Assembly (NCBI RefSeq): GCF_035551235.1
Contig: NZ_DASZNO010000030.1
Location: forward strand, 24,703-56,702
Direction of reading: 5' to 3'
Length of the DNA: 32,000 nucleotides
Source of the DNA: Flexivirga sp.
Lineage (GTDB): Bacteria > Actinomycetota > Actinomycetes > Actinomycetales > Dermatophilaceae
Below the pieces are notes generated by a model, which did no database searches, was not told the DNA's origin, and saw nothing but the letters and a program-made list of their open reading frames with translations. The stretch's first letter is position 1. Each line of letters begins with the position of its first letter. A program made the position numbers and the translations under genes. Below, one piece after another: positions 1 through 8,894 of this stretch.

Positions 1-72
1 ATGCGCACCCGTGCGGGCCGCTCCATCCTGTCGGCGCGTCGCGCCAAGGGCCGCAGCAAGATCTCGGCCTGA
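1..72 (+). CDS. rpmH: 50S ribosomal protein L34, C-terminal part (5' end outside window)
   Basis: Frame 1 reads MRTRAGRSILSARRAKGRSKISA then TGA at 70-72, the conserved C-terminal half of L34. It is followed directly by rnpA, the near-universal arrangement. Confidence 0.85.
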   Translation: MRTRAGRSILSARRAKGRSKISA

Positions 73-104
73 GGGGCCACCGGCTGACCGCCAGTTAGGC
101 GACA

Positions 105-452
105 GTGCTGCCGACGAACAACCGACTGCGCGACAGTGCGGATTTTTCCGCAGTGTTGCGCAGTCGTCGTTCCGGACGGGCGGCGGGTCCCCGGCTCGTC
201 GTGACAGCGTCGAGTTCGCCGGCGGATGCACATCGCGTCGGATTCGTGGTGTCCAAGGCCGTCGGCAACGCTGTCGTCCGCAACCGCACGAAGCGTGTGT
301 TGCGCCACCGGATGGCAGCCCTGCTCCCGACGATGCCGGGCCACACGGACGTGGTGATCCGCGCGACTCCTGCTGCAGGTGCAGCACGGGCCGACGATCT
401 GCGGCGCGACCTCGACCGGCAATTGGCCGCCGCGATCGAACGGCTCCGGTGA
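105..452 (+). CDS. rnpA: Ribonuclease P protein component
   Basis: 115-aa basic ORF with GTG start at 105. Shows the RnpA signature region ([16 protein letters not shown] ... [22 protein letters not shown]). Sits between rpmH and yidD. Confidence 0.9.
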   Translation: MLPTNNRLRDSADFSAVLRSRRSGRAAGPRLVVTASSSPADAHRVGFVVSKAVGNAVVRNRTKRVLRHRMAALLPTMPGHTDVVIRATPAAGAARADDLRRDLDRQLAAAIERLR

Positions 453-456
453 CCAG

Positions 457-735
457 ATGTCGTTCACTCGGATCCTCGCACGGCCGCTCGTCTGGCTGGT
501 TCGCTGCTATCAGATCCTGATCTCGCCACTGCTTCCGCCGAGCTGCCGGTTCACGCCGTGCTGTTCGGCATACGCGATCACGGCACTGACCCGCTTCGGG
601 TTGTTCAAGGGAAGCTGGCTGACCATTCGTCGGCTGGCCCGCTGCCACCCGTGGAACCCTGGCGGCGTCGACCACGTTCCGCCTCTTGTTACCGCAGACG
701 ACGCCGGCTCACCCACGCCGGCGCCGCTCAACTGA
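457..735 (+). CDS. yidD: Membrane protein insertion efficiency factor YidD
   Basis: ATG at 457, 4 nt after the rnpA stop. Sequence [31 protein letters not shown]...[14 protein letters not shown] matches the YidD family. The longer ORF from 379 overlaps rnpA and is not needed. Confidence 0.9.
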   Translation: MSFTRILARPLVWLVRCYQILISPLLPPSCRFTPCCSAYAITALTRFGLFKGSWLTIRRLARCHPWNPGGVDHVPPLVTADDAGSPTPAPLN

Positions 736-1796
736 AGGACTGCGCCATCTACAACTTCTTCGACACGATCCTGTACCCCCTCGAATGGTTCGTCGCCTTC
801 GTCATGGTGGGGTTCCACAAGATCTTCACGGCCATCGGTATGCCGGCCGCCAACGGCTGGACCTGGGCGCTGTCCATCGTGGGCCTGGTGCTCGTGCTGC
901 GCATCATGCTGATCCCGCTGTTCGTCAAGCAGATCAAGTCGTCGCGGCGAATGCAGCTGATCCAGCCCGAGATCCAGAAGATCCAGAAGAAGTACAAGGG
1001 CAAGAAGGACGCCGAGTCTCGTCAGAAGATGACTGAGGAGACGATGGAGCTCTACCGCAAGGCGGGCACCAACCCCTTCTCATCCTGTATGCCGATGCTG
1101 CTGCAGTCACCGTTCTTCTTCGCGCTGTTCCGGGTGCTCGACCGGCTGAAGGACATCGGCTCCGGTCAGCACGACCCGATCGGGTGGATGACGCAGTCGC
1201 TGGCGAAGCAGGCCGAGCAGTCGACGCTCTTCGGCGCTCAGTTGTCGTCGGCGTTCCTGCACCCGGGTGACTCCCCGCTGGCCGCGGTCCGCACGCTCTG
1301 CGTGGTGATGATCATCATCATGTCGGTCACGGTGTTCACCACTCAGCACCAGCTGATGCGCAAGAACATGCCGGCGTCGGCACTCGACAACCCGATGGCC
1401 AAGCAGCAGAAGTACATCATGTACATCATGCCGGTGTTCTTCGCCATTTCCGGCGTGAACTTCCCCATCGGTGTGCTGATCTACTGGGTGACCACGAACC
1501 TGTGGACCATGGGCCAGCAGTTCTACACGATCCGGCGGATGCCGGCCCCCGGATCGGAGGCCGAGAAGGAGCTGGAGAAGCGTCGCGCGGCCAAGGGCAA
1601 GCCGATCACCAAGCTGAGCATCCCGGGTCTGCACAAGGACGACGAGGCCGAGTCCGAGGACCCGTCGGTCGAGTTGGCCAAGTCCAAGACACCGCCCGGC
1701 ACACCCGGCCTGGTCACCGCCGATGGCGGGACCGCCGGCAAGGCCGGCGGCCAGCGCGTGCAGCCCAAGCGCAACAACAAGAAGCGCAAACGCTAG
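732..1796 (+). CDS. yidC: Membrane protein insertase YidC (start codon uncertain)
   Basis: Part of ORF 558-1796. YidC/Oxa1 core is present ([30 protein letters not shown]; [21 protein letters not shown]) with a basic C-terminal tail. In-frame start candidates are GTG 651 (85-nt overlap with yidD), CTG 732 and ATG 804. No ATG/GTG/TTG lies between the yidD stop and the first TM helix. Confidence 0.85.
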   Translation: MKDCAIYNFFDTILYPLEWFVAFVMVGFHKIFTAIGMPAANGWTWALSIVGLVLVLRIMLIPLFVKQIKSSRRMQLIQPEIQKIQKKYKGKKDAESRQKMTEETMELYRKAGTNPFSSCMPMLLQSPFFFALFRVLDRLKDIGSGQHDPIGWMTQSLAKQAEQSTLFGAQLSSAFLHPGDSPLAAVRTLCVVMIIIMSVTVFTTQHQLMRKNMPASALDNPMAKQQKYIMYIMPVFFAISGVNFPIGVLIYWVTTNLWTMGQQFYTIRRMPAPGSEAEKELEKRRAAKGKPITKLSIPGLHKDDEAESEDPSVELAKSKTPPGTPGLVTADGGTAGKAGGQRVQPKRNNKKRKR

Positions 1797-1988
1797 CCCG
1801 CACCACCCTTTGTCACCGGTGGCGCATGTCGCCGCCCGGGCCGGCCTGCCGCAGGCCGCTCACCGAACTTTGAAGTTGATTCTGGACAGACACACGGAGC
1901 TCGAGATGTGTCGGCGTTGCAGGGGTCTTGACTCGCAACGCCGGCGCAGCACAAGCATCGTTGTGCTCATCAGCACTGGGAGTGAAGA

Positions 1989-2525
1989 ATGACTGACGTG
2001 ACCACCCACGACGACTCGTCTGCGCACGAAGCGGAGCCCGAGCCGCGCAGGACGGTCGACCTGGACCGCGAGGGGGAGGTCGCAGCCGACTTCCTCGAGA
2101 CCCTGCTGGACATTGCCGACCTGGACGGTGACATCGACGTGGACGTCGACGGTGACCGCGCGTCCGTGTCGATCGTGGACTCCGAGGAGGGCCGCGTGCC
2201 GCGCCGCCTGGTCGGGCAGAACGGCAAGGTGCTGGACGCTCTGCAGGAGCTCACCCGGCTCGCGGTGCAGGCCGAGACCGGTAACCGCAGCCGACTGATG
2301 CTCGACGTCGCCGGGTTCCGCGCGGACCGCCGCGCTGAGTTGGTGAAGGTGGCCGAGGACGCCATGGCGTCCGTGAAGGCCGATGGCCAGCGCGTGGCAC
2401 TCGACCCGATGTCTGCCTTCGAGCGGAAGGTCGTCCACGACGCTGTGCTCGCAGGCGGTTTGCGCTCGGAGTCCGAGGGCGCCGAACCACGGCGCTTCGT
2501 GGTGGTTCTGCCCGCCGACGACTGA
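1989..2525 (+). CDS. jag: Jag/KhpB-type RNA-binding protein (KH + R3H domains)
   Basis: ATG 1989 is preceded by GGGAG. It has an acidic N-terminus and a C-terminal R3H-like segment (MSAFERKVVHDAVLAGGLRSESEGAEPRRFVVV). Conserved position between yidC and rsmG. Confidence 0.85.
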   Translation: MTDVTTHDDSSAHEAEPEPRRTVDLDREGEVAADFLETLLDIADLDGDIDVDVDGDRASVSIVDSEEGRVPRRLVGQNGKVLDALQELTRLAVQAETGNRSRLMLDVAGFRADRRAELVKVAEDAMASVKADGQRVALDPMSAFERKVVHDAVLAGGLRSESEGAEPRRFVVVLPADD

Positions 2526-2527
2526 GG

Positions 2528-2543
2528 CGTTCCACGTGAAACA
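2528..2543. promoter_or_regulatory. parS-like site CGTTCCACGTGAAACA (14/16 to TGTTTCACGTGAAACA)
   Basis: Palindromic 16-mer with a CACGTG core. It overlaps the proposed rsmG GTG start (2536-2538) and lies 3 nt after the jag stop. Confidence 0.65.
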
Positions 2544-3309
2544 CGATCCCCCGCAGCACGGCACGGGCGGTTTGGAGACCGCCGACGTTCCTGCTGCACC
2601 GGCTCAGGCTGCGGCGATCTTCGGGGACCGGTTCCCGCTTGCCCAGCAGTATGCCGAGCTGCTCGCCGGCTCAGGAGTCGTCCGGGGGCTGATCGGGCCC
2701 CGCGAGGCGCCACGCCTGTGGGAGCGCCATATCCTGAACTGCGCAGTCATCACCGAGCTGATCGATCCGGACAGCACGGTCGCCGATGTCGGTAGCGGTG
2801 CGGGCCTGCCCGGCCTGGTGATCGCCGTACGTCGCCCCGACGTGTCGGTGACGCTGATCGAGCCCCTCCTGCGACGCGTGCGGTGGCTCGACGAAGTGGT
2901 GCAGGAGCTCGGACTGACGAATGTGACGGTTGCCCGTGGTCGGGCGGAGTCGCTCTGGGACGAGGTAGCTCCGGCCGATGTCGTCACCTCACGCGCCGTG
3001 TCGGCGCTGGAGAACCTCGCGGTCTGGTCCGTGCCCCTGGTGCGCCCGGGAGGTTGGTGGCTGCCGATGAAGGGCTCGTCGGTCGCCGATGAGATCGAAC
3101 AGAGCCGTGATCTCCTCAGCTCGGTCGGTGTGACCGAGATCGAGGTGGTGGAGTGTGGTGTCGGGGTGCTCGATGAGCCTACGATCGTGGCTCGGTTGGC
3201 GATCGGCACACCACGCCGACTCGGCAAGAACGCGGCTGGCAAGGGCACCAAGAAGCCCGGCAGGCGTCAGTCGGCCGACCGCCGCCCTCAGGACCGCAGG
3301 CGCCAGTGA
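2536..3309 (+). CDS. rsmG: 16S rRNA (guanine527-N7)-methyltransferase RsmG/GidB
   Basis: GTG 2536 is the first start after the jag stop in ORF 2383-3309. SAM-binding motif VADVGSGAGLPGLVIAV is present, as are GidB family motifs (LWERHILNC, EPLLRRVRWL). Basic C-terminal tail. Confidence 0.9.
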   Translation: MKHDPPQHGTGGLETADVPAAPAQAAAIFGDRFPLAQQYAELLAGSGVVRGLIGPREAPRLWERHILNCAVITELIDPDSTVADVGSGAGLPGLVIAVRRPDVSVTLIEPLLRRVRWLDEVVQELGLTNVTVARGRAESLWDEVAPADVVTSRAVSALENLAVWSVPLVRPGGWWLPMKGSSVADEIEQSRDLLSSVGVTEIEVVECGVGVLDEPTIVARLAIGTPRRLGKNAAGKGTKKPGRRQSADRRPQDRRRQ

Positions 3310-3353
3310 TCATCCGGGCCGGCTCCGGCCGGTCCGACGGACCACAACGATGA

Positions 3354-4550
3354 ATGGAAGAGGCGAACGTGAGCACAACGTCGCTGCCCACCGGGTGGCA
3401 AGGATCTGCAGTCACGACCGCCACCCCTGAACCGGTCGGCTGGCGCAATGCTGCGCGCTGTGAGCCCACCCTCGTCGTGGGTGCCCTGCACCCCGTTCCG
3501 GCTGGCGGATCCCCGGAACCTGTGCAGCGTGCTGAGGCTGCCCTTGTGAATGGCGCGGCGAACACGACCACCGCGCCGGCTGAGGACGAGCACACCGGCG
3601 ACGGCGATGCTCCTGTTTCCCGTGAAACATCGGCCGAGGACCCGATACCGGCGGTGGATGAAACTCCGGTGTCTTCGCCGTTGGCCGACCAATTGGTCGA
3701 GCAGGCCCGGCGACGGGAGCGGCTGGCCGAGGGCAACGTCGTCCCGCCCGCACAGCCTCGGATCCTGACGATCTCCAACCAGAAGGGTGGGGTCGGCAAG
3801 ACGACGACGACGGTGAACGTCGCAGCCGCGCTGGCGAAGTTCGGTCTGAAGGTGCTCGTCATCGACATCGACCCGCAGGGGAACGCCAGCACCGCACTCG
3901 GCATACCGCACCACGAAGAGGTGGCCAGCGTCTACGACGTTGTGGTCGAGGACGGCGAGCTGGCCGATGTGCTTCAGGAATGCCCCGACATCTCGGGCCT
4001 GTGGTGCGCACCCGCCACGATCGACCTGGCGGGCGCCGAACTCGAGCTGGTGTCGTTGGTTGCACGTGAATCACGGTTGAAGCGCGCGATCGACCACTAT
4101 CAGGAACACCCCGGTGCCGCAGGACGGTTCGACTTCATCCTGATCGATTGCCCGCCCAGTCTGGGACTGCTCACCGTGAACGCGTTCGTCGCGGCGGAGG
4201 AAGTCTTCATCCCGATCCAGTGCGAGTACTACGCACTCGAGGGTCTGAGCCAGTTGCTGAAGAACATCGAGCTCATCCGCGCGCACCTGAACCCGCGGCT
4301 GCACGTGTCGACGATCCTGCTGACGATGTATGACGCGCGGACCCGACTGTCGGCCCAGGTTGCTGACGAGGTGCGTACGCACTTCACGGATCAGGTGTTG
4401 AAGGCATCGATCCCACGGTCGGTCCGCATCTCCGAGGCTCCCAGCCACGGACAGACCGTGCTCACCTATGACCCGTCGAGTAGCGGCGCCCTCTCGTATT
4501 CGGAGGCTGCCAAGGAGCTGGCCGCACAAGGCACTAAGATCGACCAGTGA
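3354..4550 (+). CDS. parA: Chromosome partitioning ATPase ParA/Soj with long N-terminal extension
   Basis: Deviant Walker A motif [16 protein letters not shown], followed by [13 protein letters not shown] and [12 protein letters not shown]. Start is ATG 3354, or GTG 3369 preceded by GGAAGAGG. About 130 aa of low-complexity sequence precede the ATPase core. Confidence 0.9.
   Translation: MEEANVSTTSLPTGWQGSAVTTATPEPVGWRNAARCEPTLVVGALHPVPAGGSPEPVQRAEAALVNGAANTTTAPAEDEHTGDGDAPVSRETSAEDPIPAVDETPVSSPLADQLVEQARRRERLAEGNVVPPAQPRILTISNQKGGVGKTTTTVNVAAALAKFGLKVLVIDIDPQGNASTALGIPHHEEVASVYDVVVEDGELADVLQECPDISGLWCAPATIDLAGAELELVSLVARESRLKRAIDHYQEHPGAAGRFDFILIDCPPSLGLLTVNAFVAAEEVFIPIQCEYYALEGLSQLLKNIELIRAHLNPRLHVSTILLTMYDARTRLSAQVADEVRTHFTDQVLKASIPRSVRISEAPSHGQTVLTYDPSSSGALSYSEAAKELAAQGTKIDQ
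3614..3629. promoter_or_regulatory. parS-like site TGTTTCCCGTGAAACA (15/16)
   Basis: Best match to the parS consensus in the window. It lies inside the N-terminal extension of parA. Confidence 0.7.
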
Positions 4551-5701
4551 GCGAAAAACGACGTGGACTCGGGCGCGGCCTGGGCGCATTGATCCCGACA
4601 GCACCGGCACCCGCCCCCGGAACCCCGCGTCCGTCGGACGTCTTCTTCCCCGGCAATTCGGTGGTCGCCAACAACCGCGACGCAGCCGAGACCGAACGTT
4701 TCACGGGAAACAATGACGCCGAGTTGCCGGCCGACTCCGCCGGGCCGAAGCCCGCTGAGCCGAAGCCCGCTGAGTCGAAGCCCGCTGGGCCGCAGCACGA
4801 CGTTGCCACCCCGGCGAACGCCGAAGCCCCCGAGGCTGCGACGGATGACGTCGTTGACGTGGAGGAACTGCAGGAAGTTCCCGGAGCGACCTTCGCGGAG
4901 CTGCCGGTCGATCAGATCCGCCCGAACCCGCGTCAGCCACGCACCGTCTTCGACGAGGACGAACTCGCCGAGCTGGTGCACAGCGTCCGTGAGATCGGAG
5001 TGCTGCAGCCGATCGTGGTCCGCCGCCTGCCGGCCGACCAGGCCGCTGAAGCGGGTGTCACCTACGAACTCATCATGGGCGAGCGTCGACTCCGTGCCAG
5101 TCGCGGCGCCGAGAAGGCGACGATCCCGGCGATCATCCGCACCACGGACGACGACGACATGCTGCGCGATGCGTTGCTGGAGAACCTGCACCGCGCGCAG
5201 TTGAACCCGTTGGAAGAGGCAGCGGCGTACGGTCAGCTGCTCGATGACTTCTCCTGCACCCACGAGGAACTCGCCGGCCGCATCGGCAGGTCACGACCGC
5301 AGATCAGCAACACGCTGCGCCTGCTGAAGCTGCCGGCCCTGGTGCAGCGTCGGGTGGCCGCGGGCGTCCTGTCGGCCGGTCACGCCCGAGCACTGCTCGG
5401 TCTCGCGGACGCCGCAGCCATGGAGCGGCTCGCACAGCGCATCGTCGCCGAAGGGCTCTCGGTCCGCAGCACAGAGGAGATCGTGGCCCTGGGCGGTGAC
5501 AAGGAGAAGTCGGTCCGTCGCTCCCCACGCGCCGGCCAGCACCACCCCCAGCTGGACTCGCTCGCCTCGAGTCTGTCGGACCAGCTCGACACCCGTGTGA
5601 AGATCTCGCTCGGCAAGAGCCGCGGAAAGCTGACCGTCGAGTTCGCCAGTGTCGACGACCTCAACCGCATCATGGATCAGCTGGGCGTCCAACGCTCTTG
5701 A
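4547..5701 (+). CDS. parB: Chromosome partitioning protein ParB/Spo0J
   Basis: GTG 4547 overlaps the parA TGA (GTGA). N-terminal [13 protein letters not shown], ParB box ([16 protein letters not shown]) and HTH region ([20 protein letters not shown]) are present. Confidence 0.95.
   Translation: MSEKRRGLGRGLGALIPTAPAPAPGTPRPSDVFFPGNSVVANNRDAAETERFTGNNDAELPADSAGPKPAEPKPAESKPAGPQHDVATPANAEAPEAATDDVVDVEELQEVPGATFAELPVDQIRPNPRQPRTVFDEDELAELVHSVREIGVLQPIVVRRLPADQAAEAGVTYELIMGERRLRASRGAEKATIPAIIRTTDDDDMLRDALLENLHRAQLNPLEEAAAYGQLLDDFSCTHEELAGRIGRSRPQISNTLRLLKLPALVQRRVAAGVLSAGHARALLGLADAAAMERLAQRIVAEGLSVRSTEEIVALGGDKEKSVRRSPRAGQHHPQLDSLASSLSDQLDTRVKISLGKSRGKLTVEFASVDDLNRIMDQLGVQRS
4697..4712. promoter_or_regulatory. 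parS-like site CGTTTCACGGGAAACA (14/16)
   Basis: Near-palindromic 16-mer inside the parB 5' region. Confidence 0.55.
4745..4789 (+). repeat. 3 x 15-bp in-frame tandem repeat ([15 protein letters not shown]) in the ParB linker
   Basis: The units are ccgaagcccgctgag, ccgaagcccgctgag and tcgaagcccgctggg, read directly. Confidence 0.9.
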
Positions 5702-5705
5702 TCCC

Positions 5706-5745
5706 GCGGGTCGAGTAGGGCGAGGAACGAGCCCGTATCGAGACC
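5706..5745. repeat. Intergenic repeat copy (GCGGGTCGAGTAG...CGTATCGAGACC family)
   Basis: gcgggtcgagtagggcgaggaacgagcccgtatcgagacc starts 5 nt after the parB stop. A second copy lies at 31912-31957 and related units lie at 25365-25402. Confidence 0.75.
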
Positions 5746-5766
5746 GAAACCCGTTGTGTTTGAACA

Positions 5767-5782
5767 TGTTTCACGTGAATCG
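5767..5782. promoter_or_regulatory. parS-like site TGTTTCACGTGAATCG (14/16)
   Basis: The left half is perfect and the right half degenerate. Intergenic, downstream of parB. Confidence 0.55.
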
Positions 5783-5812
5783 GTGGGTTTCTCGGTCACC
5801 TTGGTGGGTGGC

Positions 5813-5879
5813 GGCTACGCCGCCGCCCCGGTCTCACTCCGTTCTCTCCGCTAGCGCTCCGTTCACTGCATAGGCCCGG
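5813..5879. repeat. Left arm of long inverted repeat (module A 5813-5852, module B 5856-5879)
   Basis: Module B gctccgttcactgcataggcccgg is the exact reverse complement of 6244-6267 (24/24). Module A matches the reverse complement of 6360-6399 at 36/40. Confidence 0.9.
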
Positions 5880-6243
5880 GTCGACGACGCACCCGCCACC
5901 CCGGAGCGTCACCTGGACAGTGCTCCTGTTGACGTCGTCTGTTGCTTGCTGACGGTTCGCGCGCCGACCCTTCACGTGGCACCCGCACCCGATCACAGGT
6001 CGGAGAGTTGGCTAGTGGGTGGCGAAGTACTCGGTCATCGCCTTGACGTTCCTGCATTAGTTTTCGTGTGGCGACGTAGGCAATCAGGTGCGGACACGAG
6101 GACCCTGACCCCACCGGAATCGGCAGCGATGAGACTCCGCTGACACCCCTATTCGGCCAACTGAAGTATTAGGCGACTTTTCGAATCCGCCTGCGGGCCA
6201 ACAGGATTCGGCGACAGAAGAGGGTGCTGGGTGCGTCGTGGCG

Positions 6244-6399
6244 CCGGGCCTATGCAGTGAACGGAGCACACGAAGGCGACGACCATGTCGAGTGGAGTGG
6301 CCGAGCGAGCGTGCGAGCCGCCACTCCGCCCGACATGCGAGGAGTCGAGCCATGGGGACAGCGCAGAGAACGGAGTGAGACCGGCGACGCGGCGTAGCC
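6244..6399. repeat. Right arm of long inverted repeat (B' 6244-6267, 92-nt structured insert, A' 6360-6399)
   Basis: Same modules as the left arm, in inverted order. The insert 6268-6359 replaces 3 nt of the left arm and contains its own hairpin (catgtcg..ggagtgg..ccactcc..cgacatg). Confidence 0.9.
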
Positions 6400-6446
6400 A
6401 GCACCCCAGACCCAGCCAGGCACAAAGAGACCTGCCAAGGACAACG

Positions 6447-6483
6447 AAAAGGCGGCCGTCCCGAAAAGCTCGGGACGGCCGCC
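6447..6483 (-). terminator. Rho-independent terminator of trxA
   Basis: 13-bp perfect GC-rich stem (ggcggccgtcccg 6451-6463 with cgggacggccgcc 6471-6483) and a 7-nt loop. On the minus strand it is followed by TTTTCGTTGT. Lies about 20 nt after the trxA stop. Confidence 0.8.
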
Positions 6484-6503
6484 TCTCGGAAGCGGTTGGA
6501 AGC

Positions 6504-6833
6504 TCAGCCGATGAAGGGCTCGAGCTCCTTGACGAGCTTCGGCTTCGGCATGACGCCGACGATGCTCTTGACGACCTCGCCGTTCTGGTAGACGTTCAGG
6601 GTCGGAATGCCGGTGATGCCGTACTTGGCGGAGGTGGCCGGGTTGTCGTCGGTGTTGAGCTTGACGACGGTCAGCTTCTCGGAGTTGGCCTCGGCGATCT
6701 CGTCGATGATCGGAGCGATCATCTTGCACGGTCCGCACCAGGGCGCCCAGAAGTCGACGAGCACCGGCTTGTCGCTCTTGAGAACGTCGGCCTCGAAGGT
6801 GGCGTCGGAGGTGTCCTTGGTGTTCGCACCCAT
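6504..6833 (-). CDS. trxA: Thioredoxin
   Basis: WCGPC active site (VDFWAPWCGPCKMIAP). ATG 6833 is preceded by AAAGGAAC at about 8 nt. The TTG at 6851 overlaps that SD and is less likely. Confidence 0.95.
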   Translation of the reverse strand: MGANTKDTSDATFEADVLKSDKPVLVDFWAPWCGPCKMIAPIIDEIAEANSEKLTVVKLNTDDNPATSAKYGITGIPTLNVYQNGEVVKSIVGVMPKPKLVKELEPFIG

Positions 6834-6893
6834 GTCGGATGTTCCTTTCAATTGTGTGGATGTATGCCGAAAGGCGTTGGTGGGAAAAGGGAT

Positions 6894-7871
6894 TCAGGCG
6901 TTGACCGTCTGCGCGGCATCCCGGGCGGGGGCGCCGGCCTCCTCCTGCGCGGCCAGGAAACGCTCCGCGTCCAGGGCTGCGGAGCAGCCGGTGCCGGCGG
7001 CGGTGATCGCCTGCCGGTAGGTGTGATCGACCAGGTCGCCGCAGGCGAACACGCCGGGCAGGTTGGTCGCCGTGGTGCCTGCACCGACGAGCACGTAACC
7101 CTCCTCGTCAGTGTCCACCTGACCTAGGACAAGCTCGTTGCGCGGCAGGTGGCCGATGGCGACGAAGACCGCGGCGGTGTCGACCTGGCGGGTTTCACCG
7201 GACACGGTGTCGGCGAGGGTCACCGAGCTGACCTTGGGGTCGCCCTGGATGCCGGTGATCCGGCTGTTCCAGGCGAAGTCGATCTTGTCGTTGGCCAGCG
7301 CACGATCGGCCATGATCTTGGAGGCACGCAGCTCGTCGCGCCGGTGCACGAGAGTGACCTTCTTGGCGAAGCGGGTCAGGAACGTCGCCTCCTCGATCGC
7401 GGAGTCACCGCCACCGACGACCATGATGTCCTGGTCGCGGAAGAACGCACCGTCACAGGTGGCGCACCACGAGACGCCGTGTCCGGAGAGGCGCTTCTCG
7501 TCCTCCAGGCCGAGCTCGCGGTATGCCGAGCCCATGGCCAGGATGACCGCGCGTGCCTCGTGCACGTTGCCCTCGCCGTCGGTGACGCGCTTGATCGGCC
7601 CGGTCAGGTCGACCTCGGTGACGTCGTCACGCACCAGGTCCGCGCCGAACCGATCGGCCTGCTCGCGCATCTGCATCATCAGCTCGGGGCCCATGATGCC
7701 GTCGGCGAAGCCGGGGTAGTTCTCCACCTCGGTGGTGTTCATCAGCGCACCACCGGCGGTCACCGAACCCTCGAAGACCAGGGGATGCAGGTTGGCGCGG
7801 GCGGCATACACGGCGGCGGTGTAACCGGCCGGACCGGAACCGATGATGATCAGGTTGCGAGGCTCGCTCAC
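6894..7871 (-). CDS. trxB: Thioredoxin-disulfide reductase
   Basis: GTG 7871 is preceded by GAAGGA. FAD motif [13 protein letters not shown], redox centre WCATCDG and NADPH motif [12 protein letters not shown] are present. The upstream part of ORF 6894-7991 is not needed. Confidence 0.95.
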   Translation of the reverse strand: MSEPRNLIIIGSGPAGYTAAVYAARANLHPLVFEGSVTAGGALMNTTEVENYPGFADGIMGPELMMQMREQADRFGADLVRDDVTEVDLTGPIKRVTDGEGNVHEARAVILAMGSAYRELGLEDEKRLSGHGVSWCATCDGAFFRDQDIMVVGGGDSAIEEATFLTRFAKKVTLVHRRDELRASKIMADRALANDKIDFAWNSRITGIQGDPKVSSVTLADTVSGETRQVDTAAVFVAIGHLPRNELVLGQVDTDEEGYVLVGAGTTATNLPGVFACGDLVDHTYRQAITAAGTGCSAALDAERFLAAQEEAGAPARDAAQTVNA

Positions 7872-7927
7872 GGATTGTCCTTCACGTCGACTGGTCGGCC
7901 CGGCCGCTCGGCGGGCTCGTAGAGCAC

Positions 7928-7953
7928 AACAGATGGTATGTCGGGAATGTTCC
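7928..7953 (-). promoter_or_regulatory. SigH/SigR-type promoter candidate upstream of trxB (GGAAC-N18-GTT)
   Basis: On the minus strand, GGAAC (7953-7949), an 18-nt spacer, then GTT (7930-7928), about 55 nt upstream of the trxB start. This matches the GGAA(T/C)-N18-GTT consensus known to drive trxB/trxA in Streptomyces and mycobacteria. Confidence 0.5.
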
Positions 7954-7995
7954 GTGCCGTACATCTGCTCCCGCTCCGGGTCGTGCAGCACGGCA

Positions 7996-8026
7996 GAGCG
8001 CCGAGCGGACGGGCCGCTCGGCGCTC
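7996..8026 (-). terminator. GC-rich hairpin after the anti-sigma gene (no U-tract)
   Basis: 13-bp perfect stem (gagcgccgagcgg / ccgctcggcgctc) with a 5-nt loop, 20 nt downstream of the stop at 8047. No T-run follows, so a terminator function is uncertain. Confidence 0.35.
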
Positions 8027-8046
8027 GGGTCGGTGCTGTTTCGGCC

Positions 8047-8760
8047 TCAGACGCCGCGGGGCGCGGCGTAGGGCTGGGTGCCCTTGCTGCAGGTCGACGA
8101 GACCGCGAAGGCGGTCTGCTTGCTGTCCTTGGTGACCACGATGATCAACGCCGGCTTGCCGTCGTAGCTGGCCAGGTCGACCTTGATCCGCGAGGGGTCG
8201 TCGAGCAGGGAACCACCGATCGAACGCACGCACTCGACGATGGACCGCGGGTTCTTCAACGACCCGAACTTCGCCACGACGGCGGGGTCCGGGAGCTGGC
8301 TGCTGTCGCTGGACGCCATACTCGCGGCCTGCGCGTTGAAGCGGGCGTCGGAGTAGTTGGTGCCGGTGCTCTCGACCTGGACCCGGCCGGCCAGATCGTC
8401 GGAGCCGGCCGAGTGGCTGCTGGTCGGCACGGCGGACGTGGGCGCGTCGTTGCTCTGCAGGGAATTCACGCCGACAACGGCGACCGTCGCCACAACTGCG
8501 GCAGCGGCAACACCGCCGACCACTTGCATCCAGCGGCGGCCGCCGGACGTGCCGGCGGGCCGACCAGTGCGCGACAGCGGCGTGACGTTGCTGCGGTCAT
8601 CGTCCGCGTGGTGTGCGCGTTCCTGGGCCAGCGCAGCGGTGATCCGGTCTGTCACGTCCAGCGGCATCGGCCCGGGGTCGGGCAGCGAGCGCAGCAGATC
8701 ACGCATCCCGGTCGGGTCGTTCTCGAAGTCGTTCTCGAAGTCATCGGGAGGTGTCGTCAC
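8047..8760 (-). CDS. Membrane-anchored anti-sigma factor (anti-SigM-like by position)
   Basis: Has a short acidic cytoplasmic N-terminus, one TM helix ([19 protein letters not shown]) and an extracytoplasmic domain. Lies directly downstream of the ECF sigma gene. GTG 8760 is preceded by GGAGGAA at 4-5 nt, while the alternative TTG 8772 lies within that SD. Confidence 0.7.
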   Translation of the reverse strand: MTTPPDDFENDFENDPTGMRDLLRSLPDPGPMPLDVTDRITAALAQERAHHADDDRSNVTPLSRTGRPAGTSGGRRWMQVVGGVAAAAVVATVAVVGVNSLQSNDAPTSAVPTSSHSAGSDDLAGRVQVESTGTNYSDARFNAQAASMASSDSSQLPDPAVVAKFGSLKNPRSIVECVRSIGGSLLDDPSRIKVDLASYDGKPALIIVVTKDSKQTAFAVSSTCSKGTQPYAAPRGV

Positions 8761-8789
8761 GGCTTCCTCCAATCGGGTTCAGTAGCTGA

Positions 8790-8815
8790 GACGACGAATG
8801 CCAGGTTGTGGTTCC
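8790..8815 (-). promoter_or_regulatory. ECF-type promoter candidate P2 (GGAAC-N17-CGTC)
   Basis: On the minus strand, GGAAC at 8815-8811 and CGTC at 8793-8790. Lies about 20-30 nt upstream of the anti-sigma start. Confidence 0.5.
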
Positions 8816-8868
8816 GTCCTGCGGGCGAGCATTGCGGTGAAGGGGAGACCAACATCAGTCGAGGGTCC

Positions 8869-8894
8869 GACGAACATCGGGCCACTTTGGTTCC
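8869..8894 (-). promoter_or_regulatory. ECF-type promoter candidate P1 (GGAAC-N17-CGTC)
   Basis: On the minus strand, GGAAC at 8894-8890 and CGTC at 8872-8869. It begins 9 nt after the sigma-factor stop and has the same architecture as P2, 79 bp away. Confidence 0.45.

Noticed and set aside
1912-1967. Two hairpins between yidC and jag (cggcgttgc/gcaacgccg 1912-1943; agcacaa/ttgtgct 1948-1967)
   Set aside because: Short stems with no U-tract, in an operon context. Could be attenuating structures, but the evidence is too weak for a terminator or ncRNA call.
4058-4073. Fifth parS-like sequence GGTTGCACGTGAATCA in parA
   Set aside because: Only 13/16 matches, with mismatches in both half-sites. 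Too degenerate to call without binding data.
5796-6425. Small ORFs in the parB-trxA island (5863-6114, 5946-6143, 6084-6425 and others)
   Set aside because: They have no SD or start context, and their ends are formed by the repeat modules. Composition is not protein-like. They are more likely non-coding.
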